A stretch of DNA of 64,000 bases from Candidatus Hadarchaeales archaeon (GTDB taxonomy: Archaea > Hadarchaeota > Hadarchaeia > Hadarchaeales > WYZ-LMO6), in NCBI GenBank assembly GCA_038851755.1, contig JAWCKR010000003.1, forward strand, positions 1 through 64,000, read 5' to 3'. Positions 34,762-42,607 of this stretch are shown here, one piece after another. The position numbers were made by a program, and so were the translations under genes. Every line of letters begins with the position of its first letter. Within the stretch, counting starts at the first letter, position 1. The notes under the pieces are model-generated. The model saw nothing but the letters and a program-made list of their open reading frames with translations, searched no databases and was not told where the DNA came from.

Positions 34762-36879
34762 TTTCTCTATCCGGGGAAGGTCCCAGGAGTCCGAGTACAG
34801 GATCCTCCCGTCCGAGCCCACCAGCATGGCCTTCACGGTCCTACCCGAGGAGGAGAGGTTATCGGCCAGTTCCTTCCCCTTCTCCGGTCCCAGCACGAAG
34901 AGGGTAGTGCTCAGGGCGTCTGCGTCCGTGCAGTTACTCGCTATCACCGTGACGCTCATGCATTCTCCCGCCGGTTTCCCCGTCCTGGGGTCGAGGATGT
35001 GGTGGACCCTCTGGGAGCCCAGGAGGAAGAACCTCCTGTAGTCCCCCGAGGTGGCGATGGAGAAGTTCTCCAGCTCCAGCACCAGCATCACCTCCTCCTT
35101 CCTGGGGTGCTGTACCCCTATCGTCCAGACCTTCCCGAACCCCCTTATCTCCCCCCCCACGTTCACCAACCCAGCCCCCACCCCGGCTTCCCTCAGGACT
35201 TGACAGGCCCTGTCCACCGCGTACCCCTTCGCTATTCCTCCCAGGGTCACTCCCATCCCCTCCTGTGAGAACCTGGCCCTCCCGTTCTCCACCTCCAGCT
35301 TCTCCCACCCCACCCTCGCGAGAACCTCCGAGAGTCTCTCGCCGGAAGGGAGCTTTCCCTTCTCCTTCACCTCCTTCATCCAAAGGTCCACCAGGGGCTT
35401 CACCGTGATGTCGAAAGCCCCTCCAGAGAGCTCGGAGTAATCCAGGGAGGAGCGCAGGAGGAAGAGGGTTTCCTCCGAGAGTTCCACCCAGGAGGTTCCG
35501 CCGTGGTTCAGGAGGTAGATCTCAGCCCTCTTATCCTCGGCGGACATGAGACCCTCCACCCTCTTGATTTCCCTGTAGGCTGCTCTCACAGCTTCCTTCG
35601 CCTTAGCCGTGTTCTCGTCCACCACCTGGATCTCCACGAACGTGTCCATGGCCAGACCCTCCCCCACCACCCTGTCCCCTCTGAGGTGGATGGTCAGGGG
35701 CTGCACGGTGAGGGAGCTCAGGAGGAGGGCGGTGAGGGCCGCCATCCCCAGCGAGGCCCCGGCCACCTTCCGGCTCTCCTCCCCCAGCCTGGGAAGGAAG
35801 AAGAGGGAGGAGGAAAGCACGGCCTGGGAGAGGAGGAAGCCGGAGGCCATCCCCACCACCCCGAACTCTTTCCCCAGCACCACGATCCCCGCGAGCCCCA
35901 CGGCGAGGGAGGAAAAGTAGGAAAGGAGAACGGAGGAGGTCTCCTGCCTGGAGTAGAGGCGGGAGAGCTCGATCTGGGCCACCACGGCCAGGGGGAGGGA
36001 GAGGGCCATCACGCGCAGGACCTTCGCCCCCTCCCCGAAGCCGGGGAAAAGGGAGGGGAGGAACAGGGAGAGGAGGAGGGCGGAGAGGAGGAGGGGGAAG
36101 GAACAGAAGAGGGCCTTCTTCTCCGTTCTCCCCACCCTTCTCCCCGCGGCTCTCTCCGGGAGGAGGTAGAAGAGGAGGATTTGGGGGAAGGAGGCGAAGA
36201 GGAGGAAGAACCTGTTCCCGAACTGGTACATGCCCAGCTCCTCCCTCCCGAAGAGGGGCCCTATGACCACCTTGTCCAGCAGGTTCATGGAGGCCGCCCC
36301 CAGGTCTGCCATCCAGAGGCCCAGGAGGAAGGTGGGGGGAGGAAGGGAGAGTTCCCTTCCCCGGGTCCTGAGGAGGGGGAGGGAGAAGGGAAGGTAGGAG
36401 AGGGAGAGCCCCAGCACGAGCCACCTCACCTCCTCCAGCCTGAGGTAGAGGAGGAAGGGGAGGAGGAGGGTGAGGCTCCTCGCCCCCACCCAGAGCAGGA
36501 GATACCGGCGGTAGGAGCGCCTGGAGAGCTCGAAGTGGAAGCTCAGGGAGAAGAGGGAGAGGGAGAGGAGGAGGAGACCCGTCCAGGGATCCAGTAGGAG
36601 AGAGAGGAGGGTCCCGGCGACTACGCTGGGAAGGAGACCCAGCAGGAGGCACCCCTTCAGTATCCCTTCACCTTTCCTTGGATAGAGGGCCAGGGAGGCC
36701 TTCCCCGCCCCGAGAAGGGAGACCCCGGAGAGGAGCATGGCCAGCGACACCTTCCACGCCACCTCCCCGTAGGCGAAGGGGTGGAGGAGGAGGGCCAGGA
36801 GGACCCAGAAGAGGAAGCCTGAGAGGGTGGCGAAGAGCTGCGCCACCGCCACGTGGAGCACGCCTCCCTTTGCCTCCAT
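34753..36879 (-). CDS. apbE: Fusion protein: MOP/Wzx-like flippase-exporter N-terminal domain plus ApbE FAD:protein FMN transferase C-terminal domain
   Basis: One open frame of 708 aa. N-terminal ~400 aa multi-TM with YG.., LDKVVIGPLFG..ELGMY, LLPE. C-terminal AMDTF, GAFDITV, GGIAKGYAVD, ATSGDY, HHILDPRTG, ADALST. Confidence 0.88.
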   Translation of the reverse strand: MEAKGGVLHVAVAQLFATLSGFLFWVLLALLLHPFAYGEVAWKVSLAMLLSGVSLLGAGKASLALYPRKGEGILKGCLLLGLLPSVVAGTLLSLLLDPWTGLLLLSLSLFSLSFHFELSRRSYRRYLLLWVGARSLTLLLPFLLYLRLEEVRWLVLGLSLSYLPFSLPLLRTRGRELSLPPPTFLLGLWMADLGAASMNLLDKVVIGPLFGREELGMYQFGNRFFLLFASFPQILLFYLLPERAAGRRVGRTEKKALFCSFPLLLSALLLSLFLPSLFPGFGEGAKVLRVMALSLPLAVVAQIELSRLYSRQETSSVLLSYFSSLAVGLAGIVVLGKEFGVVGMASGFLLSQAVLSSSLFFLPRLGEESRKVAGASLGMAALTALLLSSLTVQPLTIHLRGDRVVGEGLAMDTFVEIQVVDENTAKAKEAVRAAYREIKRVEGLMSAEDKRAEIYLLNHGGTSWVELSEETLFLLRSSLDYSELSGGAFDITVKPLVDLWMKEVKEKGKLPSGERLSEVLARVGWEKLEVENGRARFSQEGMGVTLGGIAKGYAVDRACQVLREAGVGAGLVNVGGEIRGFGKVWTIGVQHPRKEEVMLVLELENFSIATSGDYRRFFLLGSQRVHHILDPRTGKPAGECMSVTVIASNCTDADALSTTLFVLGPEKGKELADNLSSSGRTVKAMLVGSDGRILYSDSWDLPRIEKLT

Positions 36880-36933
36880 CCCCAGTCCTTTCCCGCTGGA
36901 AGCTATATACCGTCCCAGGTAGGAGGGCTTGAA

Positions 36934-37722
36934 ATGCTGGTTCCCTCCTCTCACGGGGAGGTGAGGGTGGTGAAGTGCGGTGCGGAACTCTCGGGCAGGG
37001 TTCCCTACTGGACGCACTTCTACCTCTACAGGGGCCTGGTGATAGACACCGGTTGCCCGCACACGGCGGGTGAGGTGGGGGAGTTCGTGGGGGGAAGGGG
37101 GAGAGTGGTCCTGCTCACCCACCATCACGAGGATCACGTGGGTGGGGCGGTGGCCCTCCAGGGCAGGCTCAGGATCTTTGCCCCCACCAGCTCACTCCCC
37201 CTGCTCGAGCATCCGCCCGAGGTCCCCGATTACCGGAAGCTGGTGTGGGGACAGCCCCAGCCCCTGAGGGCGGAGCCCCTCCCTTCTCCCCTGCGTTTCG
37301 GCGGGCTGGAGGTGGAGGTCCTCGAGACCCCCGGGCACACCTTCGATCACGTTTCCTTTCTGGTGGACCGGAAGCTCTTCGCCGGCGACCTCGTGCTGGC
37401 GCCAGGGCAGATGGTGTGCATGAGGCAGGAGGAGCTCAGGGAGACGATGGAGTCCCTGGAGAGGGTCCTGGGACTGGACTTCGACCAGGCCTACACCGGA
37501 GTGGGGGTCTTCTCCAGGGCTGAGGTGGAGGCCTACCTGGAGTACCTGGAGGGGCTGAGGGAGAGGGTGGAGGGTCTCCACCGGAAGGGGAAGAGCCCGG
37601 AGGAGATCGTGGAGGAGATCTTTCCCCATCCCCCCGAAAAGGTTGAGCTGATGGAGGTAGTGAGCGACAGGGAGTGGTCGAGGGAGAACATGGTCCGATC
37701 CCTCCTCGGCCTCCCGCGCTAG
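36934..37722 (+). CDS. Metallo-beta-lactamase fold hydrolase
   Basis: IDTG, THHHEDHVGG, TPGHT.DH, FAGD. Confidence 0.88.
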   Translation: MLVPSSHGEVRVVKCGAELSGRVPYWTHFYLYRGLVIDTGCPHTAGEVGEFVGGRGRVVLLTHHHEDHVGGAVALQGRLRIFAPTSSLPLLEHPPEVPDYRKLVWGQPQPLRAEPLPSPLRFGGLEVEVLETPGHTFDHVSFLVDRKLFAGDLVLAPGQMVCMRQEELRETMESLERVLGLDFDQAYTGVGVFSRAEVEAYLEYLEGLRERVEGLHRKGKSPEEIVEEIFPHPPEKVELMEVVSDREWSRENMVRSLLGLPR

Positions 37723-37760
37723 CGTTGCCGGCGGGGATAAAAGGACTCTGGGGAAAGGGA

Positions 37761-38339
37761 ATGATGCTCGGGGAAGCGGGGAAGATCTTCGTGGCCCTTT
37801 TCGTGATTATGGACCCATTCGGTAGCATCCCGATCTTCCTCCTGGCCACGGAGGGGATGGAGGGAAGGAGGGTGAGCCGTGCGGCCGGCTACGCAGTCGG
37901 CGTGGCTGCCCTGGTCCTCTTCTTCTTCCTCTTCCTGGGAGACCCCCTCTTCCGGGTCCTGAGGATCGAGTTCTCCTCCCTGAGGATTGGAGGGGGGCTG
38001 GTGCTGGGGGTGCTGGGCATGGAGCTGGTGCTGGGCAGGAGCCTCCTGAGGGGGGAGAGGAAGGGTTCTCCCGCCCTCTCCCTGATAGGGACTCCCATGC
38101 TCACTGGTCCAGGGGTCATCGTCTCCACCATGATCTTCGTGAGGACCTACGGTTACCTCCCCGTCATCCTGGCCTCCCTGCCCCTCCTGGCTTCGAGCTG
38201 GGCCGTGCTCAGGCTTTCCTCTTCCTTCCACAGGGTGCTGGGAAGGGATGGAATAGAGATCCTGTCGAGGGTGATGGGCCTTCTCCTGGTGACGATAGCC
38301 GTGGACCTGGTCATGGGAGGGATAAGGGCGGCCCTTTGA
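37761..38339 (+). CDS. MarC family membrane protein
   Basis: MDPFGSIP, RIGGG, P.L.GPG, RVMGLLL. Confidence 0.88.
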   Translation: MMLGEAGKIFVALFVIMDPFGSIPIFLLATEGMEGRRVSRAAGYAVGVAALVLFFFLFLGDPLFRVLRIEFSSLRIGGGLVLGVLGMELVLGRSLLRGERKGSPALSLIGTPMLTGPGVIVSTMIFVRTYGYLPVILASLPLLASSWAVLRLSSSFHRVLGRDGIEILSRVMGLLLVTIAVDLVMGGIRAAL

Positions 38340-38381
38340 GCCTCGGAAATGATTTTATGTGAGGGGCTCCAACGCCTCCCG

Positions 38382-39116
38382 ATGAGGAGGGGTGAGGCCT
38401 TCGAGCTGGTGCTGGTCGTCCTTGCCCTGGTCAGCGTGGCCCTCCTCCTGTACGAGCTGGACCATCCCGAGACGGCTTGGTTCACCTCCTCCTGCGACTT
38501 CGTCATAGCCCTCCTCTTCCTGGGGGAGTACCTCTCCTCCACCTTCAGAGCGGAGCGCAGGCTGCGCTACGCCCTCACCCACTGGTACGACCTGCTGGCC
38601 TCCATCCCCATCCCCTTTTCCGCCGTCAGGATGTTCAGGACGATAAGGGTGGTGAGGCTGGTGAGGGTGATCCGGACCCTGAGGGTCCTGAGGCTCAGCA
38701 GGGCCTTCACCTTCCTCTCGGAGAGCAGACTGGGTACGGTGGTGGTGGCCCTCCTCATGGTCCTCCTCTTCGGTGCCACCTCCTTCCACATCCTCGAATA
38801 TGGACAGAACCCCTCCCTCCACGGGTCCCTGGACGCCCTCTACTGGGCCGCGGCCACCCTCTCCACGGTCGGCTACGGGGATATCGTGGCGGTGACCTCG
38901 GCCGGGAAGGTGCTCACCGTGGTCCTCATGCTCTTCGGGATAGGGGTGTATGCCACGCTGGCGGGTCTGCTGGCCGGTTACCTGGTCAAGGGGCGGGAGG
39001 GAGAGGAGGACCTGGAAGAAAGGATAGCCAGGATGGAGGCCGAGATCCGGGAGATCTCAGGAGTCCTTCGGTCCGGGTGGAAGGAGGATTCAGGGGGGGA
39101 ATCGAGGAACCCTTGA
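38382..39116 (+). CDS. Six-TM voltage-gated-type potassium channel
   Basis: DLLASIP (S3), (RXX)9 S4 segment, TVGYGD selectivity filter, C-terminal coiled coil. Confidence 0.9.
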   Translation: MRRGEAFELVLVVLALVSVALLLYELDHPETAWFTSSCDFVIALLFLGEYLSSTFRAERRLRYALTHWYDLLASIPIPFSAVRMFRTIRVVRLVRVIRTLRVLRLSRAFTFLSESRLGTVVVALLMVLLFGATSFHILEYGQNPSLHGSLDALYWAAATLSTVGYGDIVAVTSAGKVLTVVLMLFGIGVYATLAGLLAGYLVKGREGEEDLEERIARMEAEIREISGVLRSGWKEDSGGESRNP

Positions 39117-39758
39117 GAGGTCCAGCACCTCCCCTCCCTTTCTCCTGAGGAGTTCAGCCGGCAGGTCCCACACCGCCCTTGCCCTCTCCACGATCACCCT
39201 GTCGCTTGAGGCCGAGATCTCGCAGGAGCTCACTTCCCTGTCCACTCCTCGCACCGCCCGGCACACCGCCTCCACCCCGCGCCTCTCCAGGATCTCCCCG
39301 GTCTTCCTGGCGAGTTCCCCGCTCCCGCTGGCTGGGCTGTCGAAGAAGACCCTCACCTCCCTGGGTTCCGCCTTCTCCAGGAGGAGGGCCACCTCCTCCA
39401 GGACCTCCCAGGTGTGTTCGCCCACACGGTACTTCCCGAAGACCGTCCTCAGGTCCCTCAGGAGCCCGTCGTCGCACCTTATCACGGGGTCCCCCCTCAG
39501 GAGGCTCTCGCAGGTGATGAGGACGTTGTATCCGTCCACTCCCACCGTCCTTCTCCTGACCTCCCTCCAGGAGACCAGCTTCTTCCCATGTTCCTCGGCC
39601 TCCCCCCTGGAGAAGACGCAGCGGGTGAGGAGGTGGCGCTCACGTGAGGGCAGGCAGTAGTGGTCTGAGACCACCCTCACCGCCGTTTCCCTGGGGTATC
39701 CGCGGTCGAGGAGGTACCTCAGGTCCCTGATGGCCTCCTCCGTCCTCTCACTCCACAT
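39090..39758 (-). CDS. DUF434 domain protein (PIN-like)
   Basis: DLRYLLDRGY, VDGYNVLIT, DGLLRD, FFD.P.S.SG, SSD. Confidence 0.8.
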   Translation of the reverse strand: MWSERTEEAIRDLRYLLDRGYPRETAVRVVSDHYCLPSRERHLLTRCVFSRGEAEEHGKKLVSWREVRRRTVGVDGYNVLITCESLLRGDPVIRCDDGLLRDLRTVFGKYRVGEHTWEVLEEVALLLEKAEPREVRVFFDSPASGSGELARKTGEILERRGVEAVCRAVRGVDREVSSCEISASSDRVIVERARAVWDLPAELLRRKGGEVLDLSRVPRFPP

Positions 39759-42606
39759 AGATGGCGGGCCTGAGGGGAAGGGCCCCCTTGCTCCTCCCCT
39801 TCGGGTCGTAGACCCCTGGATCGTCCTCCCTGAAGACCCTCACCTCCACACCCAGCTGCTTCTCCAGGTAGGAGGAGTTCTCCCTCAGGACCTCGTACTC
39901 GTCCACTCCCCTCGAGAGGAGGGCGAGCCTCTCCTCGGGCAGATCCCTGCTCCCCTCCAGGACCTTCGCCAGGAAGGGCGCCAGCTCGGCTTTGGGCTTC
40001 CCTATCGTGCCCTCCAGGTGCCTGAGGAGTTCGCTCCTGTCCTTTCTCCCGAGCGAGAGCTGCCTGAGGATCTCCCTGTGGGCCTCCCTCTTCCAGGCCG
40101 AGGGGGTGTAGAGGCAGACGAGCCTGGGCTTTACCTTCACCACCTTCACGATCTTCCCCACGTCCTCGAGCACGGAGGAGAGGAACTCCTCCTTGAACTC
40201 GGCCTCCGGGTCCTTCAGTCCCTCCTCCACCTCCGGCCAGGGGGCGAGGGAGACGAAGCCCTTCTCCCCCATCCTCTTCCAGAGCTCCTCGCAAAGGTGG
40301 GGGATGAAGGGGGCCAGGAGACGGACCCAGACGTGAAGCACCTTCTTCACCACCTCTCCCCTCGCCCCTTCCCCCCTCCAGGAGAGGTACTTCCTCACGT
40401 CCTGCTGGAGGAAGAAGAAGGAGTGCTGCAGGGCCCTCCTCGTCTCGAACCTCTCCATGGCCTGCGTGGTCTCCTCCACCCTCCTCTGGAGCCTGCTCAG
40501 CAGCCACCTCTCCGGGAGTTCGAGGGGGAGGGAGGGTGAGGGCAGGGAGAGGATCTCCTCGCAGAGGGAGTAGAACCTCTCCAGCCCCTTCACCATGGCC
40601 TCCGCCTCGACCTTCCTCCAGTTGAAGTCCTGCCAGGGCTCAGAGGAGGACATGAGGTAGAGCCTCACGGCGTCCGCCCCGTACTCCTGCACGGCCTTGT
40701 TCACCTCCACCAGGTTTCCCTTGGAGGAGGACATCTTCTGGCCCTCCAGCACCGCTATCCCGAAGCAGACGATTCCCCTGGGCAGGCGGTGGGGGAAGAG
40801 GAGCGCGTGGTGGAAGACGAAGAAGGTGAGGTGGTTGGGGATGAGTTCGCTTGCCGACATGCGGTAGTCCAGGGGGTACCAGTACTCGAACTCCTCCCTC
40901 AGGCGCTGCAGCGTGGGAAGGGGGATGCCGGAGGAGCGGGAGAGGACCTCGGGGTCTCCCTTTCCGTAGAACACGAAGTCGAAGACCTCGTCGTTCAGCT
41001 TCTCGGGATCGAGCTGCTTGAGGAGGTGGGAGAGGGGGTAGTAGGCCATGTAGATGGTGGAGTCGCTCAGGGACTCGATGATCCAGCCCGGGTCCCAGGG
41101 GGCCTTCGTGCCCATGCCCACCTTCCTGGTGCAGGGCCACTCGCGGAGCCACTCTATGGTGTGCTCGTACTGGGCCCTCGTCTCCGGGGGGACGAGTTCC
41201 ATCTTCCCCAGCACCTCCCTGGCCTTTTCCTTCCAGCCCTCGTCGGCGTAGTTCAAGAACCACTGGTCCTCCACCACCTTCACCACCACGGGTGAACCGC
41301 ACCTGCACCTCACGGGCTTGAGGGAGAACTCGTACATGATGGCCGCCTCCCCCGTGGAGAGGAGGTCCTGCTTCACCAGGTTCTTGGCCTCCGACACCGG
41401 CTTTCCACCGTAGACGGGTATCCAGCTCCTCATCCTACCCTTCGCGAACTCCGTCCTGTACACCCTGGAGGTGGCCTCCTCCAGCTTGGGGTCCAGCTGA
41501 CCCTTTATTCCAAGCCTCTCCACCTCCTCCACCGCCGGGAACTCCCCGTACCCCTCCACCTCGATCAGGGAGAGGGGCCGGAGCCTCTCCGCCTCCACCC
41601 CGAGGCGCTTCAGCTCCTCGGGTCTCCCCTTGAGCTCCTCCAGTGCCACATGGTCGTAGGGGGCGTGCGAGGGGACGGAGCCCACCACCCCCGTGGCGTT
41701 GTCCGGGTCCACGAAGTCGGCCGGAAGGATGGGCACCTTCTTCCTCGTCAGCGGGACCTCCACCTCCGAGCCGAACTTCACCCTGAAGGGTCTGACCTCC
41801 CCCACCCTGTAGCCCTGCTCCGCCAGCTTGGCCACGGCCTGCTCGCTCACCACCCACCTCTCCCCGTCCACCTCCACCTCCACGTAGTTCGCCTTCGGGT
41901 TGAGCCAGAGGTTGGTGACCCCGAAGACGGTCTCGGGCCTGAGCGTGGCGGCGGGCAGGACCTTCCCGTCCTGCCGGTACTTCAGGAGGGTGAACTCCAG
42001 CATCTCCGCCTCCTCACCCTCCAGCAGGTCGTGGTCCGTGACGGGGTTGCCGTCCCTGGGGCACCACCTCACGGGGTGCTTCCCCTTCACGATGAGCCCC
42101 GCCTCCATGATCTTGTGGTACTGCCAGGTCACGAACCTGCTGTAGGGGGGGTCCACGGTGGTGAAGTCCCTCCTCCAGTCTATGGAGAGACCCAGCCACT
42201 TCATACCCTTCTTGTAGCTGAGGTCGCTGATCTCGGCGAAGTAGGTCCCGAAGTACTTGGGGTCCTCCATCCTGGACAGGAGTTCCTGCGGGACGCCGTA
42301 GCGCCTGGTGAGGAGCTCCACGTAGGCCGGCTCCCTCCTCGCCACCCTCTTGGAGGCCCCCACGATGGGCGTGCCCGTGAAGTGGAAGGCCATGGGGAAG
42401 AGGACGTTGTACCCCCTCATGCGCTTGTACCTGGCGATCACGTCGGGGATGGTGTAGGTGCGGGCATGGCCTATGTGCATGGGGCCGGAAACGTACGGGT
42501 AGGCCACGGTGAGGTAGAACTTGGGCCTTCCATCGGGCTCGGCCTGGAAGATCCCCGCCTTCTCCCACTCCTCCTGCCACTTCCTCTCTATACCCTTGAG
42601 GTCCAT
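39748..42606 (-). CDS. leuS: Leucine--tRNA ligase (archaeal type)
   Basis: YPYVSGPMHIGH, ATLRPET, TGVV.SVP.HAP.D, ESLSDSTIY, KMSSS. Confidence 0.95.
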   Translation of the reverse strand: MDLKGIERKWQEEWEKAGIFQAEPDGRPKFYLTVAYPYVSGPMHIGHARTYTIPDVIARYKRMRGYNVLFPMAFHFTGTPIVGASKRVARREPAYVELLTRRYGVPQELLSRMEDPKYFGTYFAEISDLSYKKGMKWLGLSIDWRRDFTTVDPPYSRFVTWQYHKIMEAGLIVKGKHPVRWCPRDGNPVTDHDLLEGEEAEMLEFTLLKYRQDGKVLPAATLRPETVFGVTNLWLNPKANYVEVEVDGERWVVSEQAVAKLAEQGYRVGEVRPFRVKFGSEVEVPLTRKKVPILPADFVDPDNATGVVGSVPSHAPYDHVALEELKGRPEELKRLGVEAERLRPLSLIEVEGYGEFPAVEEVERLGIKGQLDPKLEEATSRVYRTEFAKGRMRSWIPVYGGKPVSEAKNLVKQDLLSTGEAAIMYEFSLKPVRCRCGSPVVVKVVEDQWFLNYADEGWKEKAREVLGKMELVPPETRAQYEHTIEWLREWPCTRKVGMGTKAPWDPGWIIESLSDSTIYMAYYPLSHLLKQLDPEKLNDEVFDFVFYGKGDPEVLSRSSGIPLPTLQRLREEFEYWYPLDYRMSASELIPNHLTFFVFHHALLFPHRLPRGIVCFGIAVLEGQKMSSSKGNLVEVNKAVQEYGADAVRLYLMSSSEPWQDFNWRKVEAEAMVKGLERFYSLCEEILSLPSPSLPLELPERWLLSRLQRRVEETTQAMERFETRRALQHSFFFLQQDVRKYLSWRGEGARGEVVKKVLHVWVRLLAPFIPHLCEELWKRMGEKGFVSLAPWPEVEEGLKDPEAEFKEEFLSSVLEDVGKIVKVVKVKPRLVCLYTPSAWKREAHREILRQLSLGRKDRSELLRHLEGTIGKPKAELAPFLAKVLEGSRDLPEERLALLSRGVDEYEVLRENSSYLEKQLGVEVRVFREDDPGVYDPKGRSKGALPLRPAIYVE

Positions 42607-42607
42607 C

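Noticed and set aside
36880-37137. Extra 86 codons at the start of the flippase-ApbE ORF
   Set aside because: They overlap the divergent MBL hydrolase gene and its promoter; ATG 36879 is the plausible start.
40727-40741. KMSSS instead of KMSKS in LeuRS
   Set aside because: A variant seen in other archaeal LeuRS enzymes; not evidence of inactivation.
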